From: Candidatus Adlerbacteria bacterium
GTDB lineage: Bacteria; Patescibacteriota; Minisyncoccia; Phycocordibacterales; SBAW01
Direction of reading: 5' to 3'
DNA: 64,000 nucleotides
Assembly (NCBI GenBank): GCA_028286685.1
Contig: JAQBRA010000005.1
Span: forward strand, 80,726 to 144,725
In this document: positions 46,142 to 55,637 of the stretch, one piece after another
Layout of the letters: each line of letters begins with the position of its first letter
Position numbering within the stretch: position 1 is the stretch's first letter
Program-made: the position numbers and the translations under genes
The notes under the pieces: model-generated
Told to the model about the DNA's origin: nothing
Databases searched by the model: none
Seen by the model: the letters and a program-made list of their open reading frames with translations, nothing else

Positions 46142-47692
46142 ATGCAAATGTACGCCGATGACCAAGTATTTGGGCAGTTTTTAGTTGACGCGGGGCTCCT
46201 GTCGCGCTCACAGCTCACGGATTTGAGCCGGAGCGAGGCGCCGCTTTCCAAAACACTGGTCGATTTGGGCATCTTAGGCGAGGACGAAGTGCGCCGCGCC
46301 CAGGCGCATGCGTGGGGCGTGCCGTTTGTCATTATCGAGCCCCATGACATTCCGCTTGAGGTGCTGGCGCTTGTCCCCGAACCGCTTTCCCGCCGGCACG
46401 GTATCGTGGCTTTTGCCGCAGACGAGCGGGGCGTCTCTCTGGCGCTGCTCGACCTCTCTGACTTAGAGGCTGTCCGGGCCCTGGAGGCGGAGGGGCATTT
46501 CGGCGGGCGCCGGGTGGTGCCGCACTTAACGACAAGCGAGAGCATCAAGCGCGCGCTCCTTAAGTATCAGAAGCATCTTAAGGAAAAATTCGGCGAGCTG
46601 TTGTCCGATGGCCGCCATGTTGCCGAAGCGCTCATAAGCCATGCGCTATACAGCAAGGCTGGGGGTGCGCATGTGGACCTCTCGACCCATGGCGCCCTGG
46701 TGCGCTACCAGATAGGCCACGCGCTCCATGAGGCCTTCTCTTTATCCGAGCAGGCGGGCCAAGCGCTCATAGGGCAGCTCAAGACGCTGGCCCGGCTCTT
46801 GCCGGTGGCGCGCCCGCAAACGGGCGCCTTTAAGTTTGAGAAGGACAACGAGATGATGCATATCCATGTATCTACGACGCCGACTGTCAGCGGCGAGCGC
46901 CTGCACGTGCGCTTTGCGCGCGCAGGACGCGGCCAAGAGGGGCATACGCTTGAAGCGCTCGGCTTCCATGGAGAGAATTTGTCGGCTTTGCGCAAAACGC
47001 TGCATCATCGCCGCGGGCTTGTGGCGGTCTCGGGCACCGAAGGGTCGGGCAAAACCGCTCTTTTATATACGCTTTTGGATTTGTTGCAGCATCCCGGCAT
47101 GTCCGTGGCCACCGTAGAGGAGCGGGTGGAGCGCCGGCTGCCGTATGCGGCACAGACCGAGGTGGGGCCGGGGGTCTCGGCGGCGGCGGCGCTGCGCGCG
47201 GCCTTGCGCCAGCACCCGGATATCCTCATGGTAGGCGACGTACGCGACCAGGAAACCTCTTCCCTTATAAGCGCGGCTGCCGCTCGCGGCGTATTTGTCC
47301 TGGCAGGAGCCTTGCAAGAGGACTTTTTGCCGCAAGAGGGCGTGCTGGTGCGCGTGGCCCTGGCGCGCCGGCTTGCTACCAACCAGTTTGTCCACAAGGC
47401 TCCGCTTACGCGCGCGGAGTCAGAGGCGCTTGAGGGGTCCGCTGATTTTAGAAAAGTGTACGAGGCGCTCAAAGATGAGCAGATCATCGACCCGGGCGTT
47501 GCTTGGAAAGATATAGGCTTTGCTCGCCCGACCCCTTCAACGGAGTATCCGGAAGGCTACGACGGCTTCATCGGCCTCCAAGAGGTCGCTGCTCCGGGTT
47601 TTGGAACTTTAAATGTAGCGGAAGATGCCCTTTTCAAGTCGGCGCAAGGACAGACCAGTATCGAGGAGGCTTTGCGCGCCGCAAACGGGTAA
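46142..47692 (+). CDS. PilB/GspE-family ATPase-like protein with degenerate catalytic motifs
   Basis: MshEN-like N-terminus, GTEGSGKT, ALRQHPDILMVGDVRD, GQTSIEEALR. Confidence 0.82.
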   Translation: MQMYADDQVFGQFLVDAGLLSRSQLTDLSRSEAPLSKTLVDLGILGEDEVRRAQAHAWGVPFVIIEPHDIPLEVLALVPEPLSRRHGIVAFAADERGVSLALLDLSDLEAVRALEAEGHFGGRRVVPHLTTSESIKRALLKYQKHLKEKFGELLSDGRHVAEALISHALYSKAGGAHVDLSTHGALVRYQIGHALHEAFSLSEQAGQALIGQLKTLARLLPVARPQTGAFKFEKDNEMMHIHVSTTPTVSGERLHVRFARAGRGQEGHTLEALGFHGENLSALRKTLHHRRGLVAVSGTEGSGKTALLYTLLDLLQHPGMSVATVEERVERRLPYAAQTEVGPGVSAAAALRAALRQHPDILMVGDVRDQETSSLISAAAARGVFVLAGALQEDFLPQEGVLVRVALARRLATNQFVHKAPLTRAESEALEGSADFRKVYEALKDEQIIDPGVAWKDIGFARPTPSTEYPEGYDGFIGLQEVAAPGFGTLNVAEDALFKSAQGQTSIEEALRAANG

Positions 47693-47708
47693 ATGATATA
47701 GTTGCTAG

Positions 47709-48470
47709 GTGTCAAAAAAACTTTTTGTAGTCGGAAATTGGAAGATGTACGTCGACTCGGCTGAGTCGGCAAAGAAATTCGCCAGCTCGCTGCGCAAGAA
47801 GTCGCGCTCGTTCGTCGGCGTCGAGGTGTGGCTTGCGCCCGCCTTTCCCTTCATTGCTCCCGTAGCCCTGGCGCTCAAGGGTTCGACTATCAAAGTTGGC
47901 GCGCAGGCCCTATCTGCCTACGCCGATGCGCCGCATACCGGAGAGGTGTCGGCCCGGATGCTTAAGGGCCTTGGCGTTTCATTCGTAATCATCGGCCATT
48001 CCGAGCGTCGCGCGCTCGGCGAGGACGACGAATCAATCCGGGCGCAGCTCGTACAGGCCGGGGAGGCAAAGCTTGCGGCGATATTGTGCGTGGGCGAGCA
48101 TGAGCGCGTAGCGGACGGCTCGCACTTTCAAGAGGTTGCCAACCAGCTCAGTCGCGCGCTCCATGGCATGACGATACCCGCGGGCCGGCTTATGGTGGCC
48201 TACGAGCCCGTATGGGCCATAGGCAAGTCGGCAGCGGAGGCCATGCAGGGCGAAGAGGTAGAGGAGATGGCGATCTTCATACGCAAGATACTCTCCGAGG
48301 CGCTCGGGCGCGAGGCGGCCAACAAGGTGCCGATACTTTACGGCGGCTCGGTAGAAGCGGCAAATGCGCAGGCGCTCATTAAAGAGGGCGGCGTCAGCGG
48401 CCTCTTGGTAGGACACGCGAGCGCTGACGTTGATTCATTTATAGCTATTCTCTCATCATGCAAGAAGTAA
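47709..48470 (+). CDS. tpiA: Triosephosphate isomerase
   Basis: GNWKM, IGHSERR, AYEPVWAIG, YGGSV. Confidence 0.96.
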   Translation: MSKKLFVVGNWKMYVDSAESAKKFASSLRKKSRSFVGVEVWLAPAFPFIAPVALALKGSTIKVGAQALSAYADAPHTGEVSARMLKGLGVSFVIIGHSERRALGEDDESIRAQLVQAGEAKLAAILCVGEHERVADGSHFQEVANQLSRALHGMTIPAGRLMVAYEPVWAIGKSAAEAMQGEEVEEMAIFIRKILSEALGREAANKVPILYGGSVEAANAQALIKEGGVSGLLVGHASADVDSFIAILSSCKK

Positions 48471-49576
48471 AATCGGTCAGGGACGCGGATGTTAAAGGTA
48501 AACGCGTCCTGGTGAGTGTCGACTTTAACGTGCCCCTTAAGGACGGCATGATTATGGACGATGCGCGCATTCGTGCCTGCCTGCCCACCTTAGAGTTGTT
48601 GTGCGGCAGGGGAGCAAAGGTGGTCCTTATGACGCACTTGGGCCGCCCGGGCGGCAAGGAGGTTGCTAGCTTGAGTGTGGCGCCGTTGGCGCGCCGCTTG
48701 GGCGAACTGATAAATCAGCGCGTGACCGTGGCGCCCGAGGAAAGCGATCTTATGATGCTGGAGAACCTGCGCTTTGATCCGCGCGAGGAAGAAGGGAGCA
48801 TGGAATTGGCGCAGGAGCTCGCTACTTTCGGCGACCTGTTTGTTAACGAAGCGTTTTCCAACTCGCATCGCAATCATGCCTCTATTGTGGGCGTGGCGAC
48901 GCTCTTGCCGAGCTTTGCGGGCGTACGCCTTATGGAAGAAATGGAAAAGCTGCAGCAAGCGCTTACGCCGCCACCCGGTTCCTTGGCTATTATCGGAGGC
49001 GCTAAATTCGAAACTAAGCAGCCGCTTATTGAAAAATTAATGCCGCACTACGCCCGCATCCTGCTGGGCGGCGCCTTGGCCAACGACGTGATACGCGCGC
49101 GCGGGCTTCCGGTCGGCGCTTCACTCGTATCAAACACTCCCGCGAGCGTGGAGATCGCCAGCAATGATAAATTGGCTGTAGCGACCGATGCCGTTATGGA
49201 GAAAGAAAATAAAGAAGCGCGCACCGGCCTCATTGTCGACGTGCGCGCCGACGAGCGCATCGTGGATGTGGGCCCTGTAACGGCAGCCGCATGGTCGCAG
49301 ATGGCCGAGGATGCGCCCTTTGTGCTTTGGAACGGCCCTCTGGGCATTTACGAGGCCGGCTACACCGAGGCAAGCGATCTGGTTGCCAAGGCCCTTTCGC
49401 GCAGCAACGCGCACGCCGTTGTGGGCGGCGGCGATACGGGTGCCGCGCTTAAGAAATACTCCTTCGACCCGGCTAAAGTATTCCTTTCGACCGGCGGCGG
49501 TGCCATGCTCCAGTTTTTGACCGAGGGCACTCTCCCCGGCATTGAGGCGTTGAAGAATTCCAAACCGGGTATATAG
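48458..49576 (+). CDS. pgk: Phosphoglycerate kinase
   Basis: DFNVP, HLGRP, LENLRF, WNGPLG, GGGDT, STGGGA. Confidence 0.95.
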   Translation: MQEVKSVRDADVKGKRVLVSVDFNVPLKDGMIMDDARIRACLPTLELLCGRGAKVVLMTHLGRPGGKEVASLSVAPLARRLGELINQRVTVAPEESDLMMLENLRFDPREEEGSMELAQELATFGDLFVNEAFSNSHRNHASIVGVATLLPSFAGVRLMEEMEKLQQALTPPPGSLAIIGGAKFETKQPLIEKLMPHYARILLGGALANDVIRARGLPVGASLVSNTPASVEIASNDKLAVATDAVMEKENKEARTGLIVDVRADERIVDVGPVTAAAWSQMAEDAPFVLWNGPLGIYEAGYTEASDLVAKALSRSNAHAVVGGGDTGAALKKYSFDPAKVFLSTGGGAMLQFLTEGTLPGIEALKNSKPGI

Positions 49577-49610
49577 TAGCGGCAGAGCAGTTGGCATGAA
49601 GGAGGATGCA

Positions 49611-49781
49611 ATGCGTCAGCCGGACGACCCGGGAGTAAACAAGGTAATCAGCAGGAATGTGCCAGCGCGCAGAGAGTACGGAAATTTCGCCCCGCTACTC
49701 TTTGCCGTATTGGTGGCGCTAGCGGCCAGCTTGGCCGCGTTCCAATACGTAACCGGTATCAACGTGGGCTTTAAATTTTGA
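49611..49781 (+). CDS. Small single-TM hypothetical protein
   Basis: AAGGAGG 5 nt before ATG 49611; terminator after the stop. Confidence 0.55.
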   Translation: MRQPDDPGVNKVISRNVPARREYGNFAPLLFAVLVALAASLAAFQYVTGINVGFKF

Positions 49782-49822
49782 AGAAGGATGCAAATGGCGG
49801 ACCGATTGGCCCGCCATTTTCC

Positions 49823-50152
49823 TTATATCCCGAGAGTGGTGTCTTTAAGTTTCAGGGGAATGAGATGGATGTGCACGTGCGGAACTTCGGTGCCCACTAT
49901 GCTCAGGCGTACGAAGTCAGCCCCATATTCTTCTTTGAGCGCTGTAGCGTGCTTTTTTGCCGCACGGAAGAGATTGTCCGAGACCGCATCGGGCAGGTCG
50001 ATAAACCAGCGGTGGTGCTCGCGAGGTATAAGGAGCGTGTGCCCGGGCGCTTTGGGGTGCATATCAAGGAAGCCGATGGTCGTGTCGTCTTCATAGGTAA
50101 TCTTGGCCGGTATCTCGCGCGCGATTATTTTGCAAAAAATGCAGTTTTCCAT
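49823..50152 (-). CDS. HIT-family nucleotide hydrolase
   Basis: CIFCKII, PGHTLLIP, VPHVHIHLIP. Confidence 0.94.
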   Translation of the reverse strand: MENCIFCKIIAREIPAKITYEDDTTIGFLDMHPKAPGHTLLIPREHHRWFIDLPDAVSDNLFRAAKKHATALKEEYGADFVRLSIVGTEVPHVHIHLIPLKLKDTTLGI

Positions 50153-50175
50153 ACACCTCAGTATACTAAAGAGTA

Positions 50176-51831
50176 ATGAAAGAGTATCTGGTACGGGACA
50201 GGCTGCACGACAGCCTGCTGGAGCATCTTATGCTCGCGCGCGGGATAGAGGAGTCGGGCTTTGCCGACTTCCTAGAGCCTGACTACGTAGCGCACAGCCA
50301 TGACCCGTTCCTGCTTCCGGGCATGGGGGTCGCGGTAGAGCGGATTATTTCGGCTATTAAGAATGCGGAACCGATATGCGTGTGGAGCGACTATGATGCC
50401 GATGGCGTTCCTGGCGGCGTCATGCTCGCTCATTTTTTCCGCGATATCGGTTTGCAGGTGCGCCACTACATACCGCATCGCCACAAAGAGGGGTACGGGC
50501 TTAATAAGGAAGGCTTGAAGGCACTTGCCGAGCAGGGCATCAAGCTCGTTATTACCTGCGACCTGGGCACGACCGAGGTCGAGCATATTGCCTTTGCGAA
50601 TTCCCTAGGCATCGACGTTATCGTGACGGATCATCACTTAGAGCCCCCGGTACTGCCTGATGCATTAGCGATCATTAATCCGAAACTAAGTAGCAGTAAG
50701 TATCCCTTCGACGGCCTTTGCGGCGCCGGTGTTGCCTGGAAGCTGGTGCAGGGCGTGCTGCTCAAATACCGGCCTGAAAGCTTTCCGGAAGGGAAGGAAA
50801 AGTGGTATCTCGACTTGGTCGGCATCGGTACGCTCTCTGACATGGTCCCCTTGGTGGGGGAGAATCGCATGCTCGCGCAGTTTGGTCTTAAGGTAATGCG
50901 CCGCGGCCGCCGTCCTGGACTTGCCGCGCTGCTTAAGCTTTTGCGCATACAACCGCGCACGCTTACCGAGGACGACATCGGCTTTATGGTCTCCCCGCGC
51001 ATTAATGCCGCTTCACGCATGGATAGTCCGGAAGCTGCGGCCCGGTTGCTGGCGACAGAAAATGTCGAGGAGGCGGGCGAGCTCGCGCGCGAACTCAATA
51101 AGATAAACGACGAGCGCAAGACGCTGGTTGCCAGCACGGTTAAGGAAGTTAACAAGCGCTTGCTGCTTGGCGGGCTCGAGGGTCCGGTCATTGTTATGGG
51201 TAATCCGTCGTGGCGCCCGGGCATTTTGGGCCTGGTCGCTAATAGCTTGGTAGAAGCGCACCAGAAGCCCGCGTTTTTGTGGGGCCGCGAGGGTGGCGAG
51301 CTTTTACGCGGGTCGTGCCGCTCCGACGGCATTGTTAACATTGTCGAGCTTATGCGTGCCGCCGGACCGGTGTTTGAGCACTTCGGCGGACATGCTGCCT
51401 CGGGCGGGTTCGCACTGCACGAGGAGCATGCGCACGAGCTGCCGGCGAAGCTCTCGGCTGCCTATGACTCGCTTAAGTCTGTAGGTGCCGGAGTTAAGAA
51501 AGTAACGGTAGACCGCGAGATGGATCTAAGCGAACTGCCGCATGCGCTCAAAAGCCTCGACCGGTTGGCGCCCTTTGGTATCGCAAACGAGAAGCCGCTG
51601 TTTATATTCCCCAACGCGACCATTGGCGCCATGCGCATGTTCGGCAAGCAGCAGAATCACCTCGACATTGTCTTTCAGGATGACTTTAATAAGGTGGGTG
51701 GCATCGCCTTTTTCTCCACGCCCGACTCATTCCAAAAGCGCCCCCAAGAAGGGGAGCGCGCCGACGTGGTAGGTAATATAGAGAGGGACTGGAAGAACCA
51801 GCCCCGCATCCGCGTTGTCGATATTTTATAG
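50176..51831 (+). CDS. recJ: Single-stranded DNA exonuclease RecJ
   Basis: DYDADG, EGYGL, TDHH, PRINAASR, GGHAAS, PFGIANEKP. Confidence 0.95.
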   Translation: MKEYLVRDRLHDSLLEHLMLARGIEESGFADFLEPDYVAHSHDPFLLPGMGVAVERIISAIKNAEPICVWSDYDADGVPGGVMLAHFFRDIGLQVRHYIPHRHKEGYGLNKEGLKALAEQGIKLVITCDLGTTEVEHIAFANSLGIDVIVTDHHLEPPVLPDALAIINPKLSSSKYPFDGLCGAGVAWKLVQGVLLKYRPESFPEGKEKWYLDLVGIGTLSDMVPLVGENRMLAQFGLKVMRRGRRPGLAALLKLLRIQPRTLTEDDIGFMVSPRINAASRMDSPEAAARLLATENVEEAGELARELNKINDERKTLVASTVKEVNKRLLLGGLEGPVIVMGNPSWRPGILGLVANSLVEAHQKPAFLWGREGGELLRGSCRSDGIVNIVELMRAAGPVFEHFGGHAASGGFALHEEHAHELPAKLSAAYDSLKSVGAGVKKVTVDREMDLSELPHALKSLDRLAPFGIANEKPLFIFPNATIGAMRMFGKQQNHLDIVFQDDFNKVGGIAFFSTPDSFQKRPQEGERADVVGNIERDWKNQPRIRVVDIL

Positions 51832-51894
51832 GTTCGAACTCACGTCCCCAGTCAGTAAAAAGAAAATCCGTACTTCCTGAAAAAGAAGTACGGA

Positions 51895-52419
51895 TTACGT
51901 CAGCTCAAGACGTGAGTGGAATTCGGCACCCATATCGCGGTAAAGGAAAAAGCTTTTCCTGAAATCCGCGTGACCTTTCCAATCTGCAAGTAACTCGCCA
52001 ACTGTTACCACTTTGTACATATGGATGTCTATTGCGGTCGTGGCTGTATCGAGAACGCACGAACTCGCATTTATTCCCATAAGCAGCAACTCGGTGGCCC
52101 CTAGGGTCTGTAGGGTTTCGTGCAGTGCGGAGTCTTGGAAACCGTCGTCGTGACGCCCTTTAATTCTATGGACACGTGGCACCTTTTTTATTTCTTCCTG
52201 CAGCGCTTCAATAGTTGGGCCCCTGCGAGCGTACTCAACAATCACGAGAGGGACATCTTTTTCTGCGCAAGCTCGAATAAGCCTCTTTTGAGCACGTATT
52301 AGGCGAGGAGCGGTAGTCTTTGCGAGATTGCTCACGAACTTTTTTTGCATATGAATGAGTAGTACTGCCAGGGCCCGGTGGGCCGCCAGCTGTACTGGCG
52401 GCTTTCTTTGGCGAGGCAT
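51895..52419 (-). CDS. Isochorismatase-like cysteine hydrolase (divergent)
   Basis: LLIHMQ..F, K...DGF, GINASSCVLDTA. Confidence 0.75.
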   Translation of the reverse strand: MPRQRKPPVQLAAHRALAVLLIHMQKKFVSNLAKTTAPRLIRAQKRLIRACAEKDVPLVIVEYARRGPTIEALQEEIKKVPRVHRIKGRHDDGFQDSALHETLQTLGATELLLMGINASSCVLDTATTAIDIHMYKVVTVGELLADWKGHADFRKSFFLYRDMGAEFHSRLELT

Positions 52420-52562
52420 TTACTATGCTCCATAGTGCTACTTCACTAGTACACAAAGTAACATGTTTTGTTATAAGCCTATATTTATTCCTTTTGCTGC
52501 AACGATTCCAACATCGTCCCATGCACCTCGTAAATTTAATGTTAGAAGGCGGTCTGCAAAAA

Positions 52563-53207
52563 CTACTCACTGAATTTAAAAGTTGAGAGTATTTTTTCGG
52601 CAATAAGCTTGTACTGCAAGCCTGGATCCAAGGAGAGGCTGTAATACCGGTTATCGCGGGCCACGAGCACAATCTCACAAAAATCCTTTCCTGAGTGTCC
52701 GCACAAGGCGTCGAGATAGCGGGTCGCCGGGAGGCCGTTTAGCTGGAATTGCTGGGCTATGCGAGCTTTGCGGGGATTATACATGGCCTCCTCTTCTTTC
52801 GAGGGGCCGATAATCCAAAAGTTCACTGACGACGGGCCGTCACAACCTACATATTCGCTTGAATAAGCAGAGCGTAAGCGTATCTGCGCTCCATCCATGC
52901 ACTCTGCTATAGCCCAATCGGCTGGGTACTGGACTTCCCAGCCATTTTTATTTTTGTAAGTTTTCCAGCCGTCCGTAGGAATGTTAGAGAGGGCATCAGA
53001 AAAGCCTGCAGGATACGAAATGCCTTCAGTCGCTGCGCTTGCAGGGGGAATGGTAACGGCAATCTGCTGCTTTTGATATTGATACCAAATGCCGAAATGG
53101 AAAGCGCCCCATACCAGGGCAACGAAGAGGATGACGGCGAGAGCCTTGGAATACCAAGTTACTTGGGTATATGTAATGGGGGAACTTGGTTGGGGCTGCG
53201 GAGGCAT
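52563..53207 (-). CDS. Membrane-anchored hypothetical protein (PsbP-like WKTY...YP motif)
   Basis: VTWYSKALAVILF TM; WKTYKNKNGWEVQYP; KILSTFKF end; TACAAT 6 nt before ATG 53207. Confidence 0.7.
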   Translation of the reverse strand: MPPQPQPSSPITYTQVTWYSKALAVILFVALVWGAFHFGIWYQYQKQQIAVTIPPASAATEGISYPAGFSDALSNIPTDGWKTYKNKNGWEVQYPADWAIAECMDGAQIRLRSAYSSEYVGCDGPSSVNFWIIGPSKEEEAMYNPRKARIAQQFQLNGLPATRYLDALCGHSGKDFCEIVLVARDNRYYSLSLDPGLQYKLIAEKILSTFKFSE

Positions 53208-53288
53208 GCAGGAATTGTACACCTCAAAACCCGGCCAGTTGATAACCAAGTTTTTAATTTGGCTAGAACTGCTACAGTTGGGGCACCC

Positions 53289-54263
53289 ATGCCCCCTTCA
53301 GAAAATTCACCCCAAGAAGCGAATCTTGCCTCTATCCCTGCTCCGGTCTCTAATCATAAGAAAATATGGCTGCTTGGCGCCGCAGCGGCGGCATTTCTTT
53401 TAGCGGGGGCCGGAGGCGTATACGGATATGTTTCTTATATGCAGGCTCGTCAAAATAGTGCTTCTTTGGAAAAGCGCGGCGAAGCGTGGAGCACTTCTAC
53501 TATTGCCGCGCAGCTTCCAGGTGCGCCGGCATTTACCGTAAGCTATCCCGCCCACTTTGGAGAGCCTCAGGTGTCTGCCAGTATCGGCACCCAGTCGACT
53601 ATAGACCCTGACAATAACGTCGAAAAGATAGACTTTTACAAGCCCTCGTTGGGGTCGGACGAGACCGGTCGCTTTTTGGGAGGATTCTTCCTCATCGCCC
53701 AATTGGAACCAGGGCAGACTCTCGCGGATTATGCCAATGCCCAATTGCTGCCGACTGCAACTGACAAGCTTCAGTATGACCTTACGGTAGATGGCCGTCC
53801 CGCTATTGCGCAAAAAGTAACTCCATCAAGTCCGATGACTTTGTACTATATAGAATTTAAAGAGGGGCTCGTGCTGAACCTGACCTTTACTCAAAACAGA
53901 TACGAGGTAGATCCGGAAGAAGGCCGCGCCTTGCAGGACAAAATAGTCAAAACAATAAAATTTACAAATCAGGTACAGTCTCCGGTCCTTTCGCCTGAGC
54001 AAGCTGCGGTACGACTTAAAGAAGATATAACGCTCCTGCAGGGGACTTCCGTATCAGTTAGCAAAAGCGAAGGAAAGTACTATCTTTTCCATTCGTCGGA
54101 TGGCAATGGTGGCATAGTGGGTATTGCGAAATTGGAAGATGATAGTCATTTTGCTCTTTTGTGGACGGGGCAAGAGGCTCCTAACTGCTCAACCTTCCCC
54201 CAAGAAATCCCTCTGACTCTCATGGACACGTGTTACCAGGGTAATGATCTCAGGTCTCGATAG
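53289..54263 (+). CDS. Membrane-anchored hypothetical protein
   Basis: TM; FTVSYP and KIVKTIKF motifs similar to the divergent neighbour; start ATG 53289. Confidence 0.7.
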   Translation: MPPSENSPQEANLASIPAPVSNHKKIWLLGAAAAAFLLAGAGGVYGYVSYMQARQNSASLEKRGEAWSTSTIAAQLPGAPAFTVSYPAHFGEPQVSASIGTQSTIDPDNNVEKIDFYKPSLGSDETGRFLGGFFLIAQLEPGQTLADYANAQLLPTATDKLQYDLTVDGRPAIAQKVTPSSPMTLYYIEFKEGLVLNLTFTQNRYEVDPEEGRALQDKIVKTIKFTNQVQSPVLSPEQAAVRLKEDITLLQGTSVSVSKSEGKYYLFHSSDGNGGIVGIAKLEDDSHFALLWTGQEAPNCSTFPQEIPLTLMDTCYQGNDLRSR

Positions 54264-54426
54264 TACTGCTGCGTCTAAATCAACCCTGCGGCTCAACCAT
54301 CGCCCTGTCTTCGATAAGACTTAGGATAGATCACATGCCCGACTCGGGATTGTTGCGCAGGATAAATACTTGCTAACTAAAAAGGGGGATGGGATACTCT
54401 CTGTATTAGGAGCTCATAATTTTTTC

Positions 54427-54834
54427 ATGACAAAGACATTGATTGCAGTAGTAGCGGCGCTCGCGGTTGCTGGTGCAGGTTGGTACTGGTATATGGGGGG
54501 CGAAAAGCCCGACGTAGTTGCAGATGATACGTTCGGCACCTATGCATACTCGTGCGACAACGGCGTCAGGTTTGAGATGACTCTCTTCTCGAATGTTTCT
54601 TCCGTGGCGCTCAAGGCGCAGGGGAGTGCTCCTTTTAGTGAGGTCGTGCTGGAGCAGAAGTCTTCCTCGACATACGCGACGCAGGAGGGCGAGGTCGTGC
54701 TTGTCGGGGATGGGGAAGAGATAAAGCTTACCGTTGGTGCGGCTAACATGACATGCAACCCTGTGCCCAGCGACGACATGGCCCCATTCAACTGGGGCGG
54801 TGCGGGCGAGGGACCTGACGCGAGCGCAAATTAA
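54427..54834 (+). CDS. Exported protein, MliC-like
   Basis: TM; YSCDNG...Y...V.L.G.G...C pattern of MliC lysozyme inhibitors. Confidence 0.55.
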   Translation: MTKTLIAVVAALAVAGAGWYWYMGGEKPDVVADDTFGTYAYSCDNGVRFEMTLFSNVSSVALKAQGSAPFSEVVLEQKSSSTYATQEGEVVLVGDGEEIKLTVGAANMTCNPVPSDDMAPFNWGGAGEGPDASAN

Positions 54835-54908
54835 AACCTCGACCTATCGCGAGTCTCTGGAGTAGCCGTACTGTCGTACCGGAAACCGTTACGCGCTATA
54901 CTGCGCAC

Positions 54909-55616
54909 ATGCAAGAAATCCTTTTATTTACCGACGGGGCTTCCAAGGGCAATCCGGGCCCGGGCGGATGGGGTGCCGTGGTGGCAGGACACGGCAAGGC
55001 CACAGAGCTGGGTGGCGCCGAGCCGCACACCACCAATAACCGCATGGAGCTGACGGCCGCCCTGCGCGGCCTCCAGCATGCCAAGAGCCTGCCTGCGGGC
55101 CCGCGCGTACTGCGTACCGACTCCTCCTACGTTATAAACGGCATTACTAAGTGGGTGCACGGCTGGCAGAAGAACGGCTGGAAGACGCAGGATAAGAAAG
55201 ACGTGCTCAACAAGGACCTCTGGCAGGATTTGGCAGAAGCGGCCCATGGCCAGCAAGTAGCCTGGGAGTACGTAGGCGGGCACGTGGGCATTGTGGGCAA
55301 CGAGCGCGTCGATACCATCGCCTCCGAGCTGGCGCTGGGAAAGAACGTCGAGCTCTACAAGGGCCCTATCGAAAGCTACGAAATAGACATTGCCAACCTG
55401 GCGCATGATGTCGTTTTAAAAGAAAAGAAGTCGTCCTCGCGCACCAAGTCCGGCATAAAGGCCTTTTCCTATATAAGCGAGGTGGACGGCGTCGTTATGG
55501 TGCACAAGAACTGGCCCGAGTGCGAGAAGCGCGTGCGCGGCCGCCGAGCCCGGTTTAAGAAGGTATATACTCCGCAGGAGGAGGCCGAAGTGGTCGCTAC
55601 CTATTCACGCCCGTAA
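54909..55616 (+). CDS. rnhA: Ribonuclease HI with C-terminal hybrid-binding (viroplasmin-like) domain
   Basis: FTDGASKGNPGPGGWG, TTNNRMEL, TDSSYV, GHVGIVGNERVD; tail WPECEKRVRG...FKK. Confidence 0.93.
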   Translation: MQEILLFTDGASKGNPGPGGWGAVVAGHGKATELGGAEPHTTNNRMELTAALRGLQHAKSLPAGPRVLRTDSSYVINGITKWVHGWQKNGWKTQDKKDVLNKDLWQDLAEAAHGQQVAWEYVGGHVGIVGNERVDTIASELALGKNVELYKGPIESYEIDIANLAHDVVLKEKKSSSRTKSGIKAFSYISEVDGVVMVHKNWPECEKRVRGRRARFKKVYTPQEEAEVVATYSRP

Positions 55617-55637
55617 TTTTAGGCGTACCATAGAGGG

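Noticed and set aside
23245-51896. Perfect inverted repeats at about 23247, 27115, 38053, 44085, 44753 and 51865
   Set aside because: They sit directly after stop codons, mostly with A/U tracts, and are ordinary intrinsic terminators.
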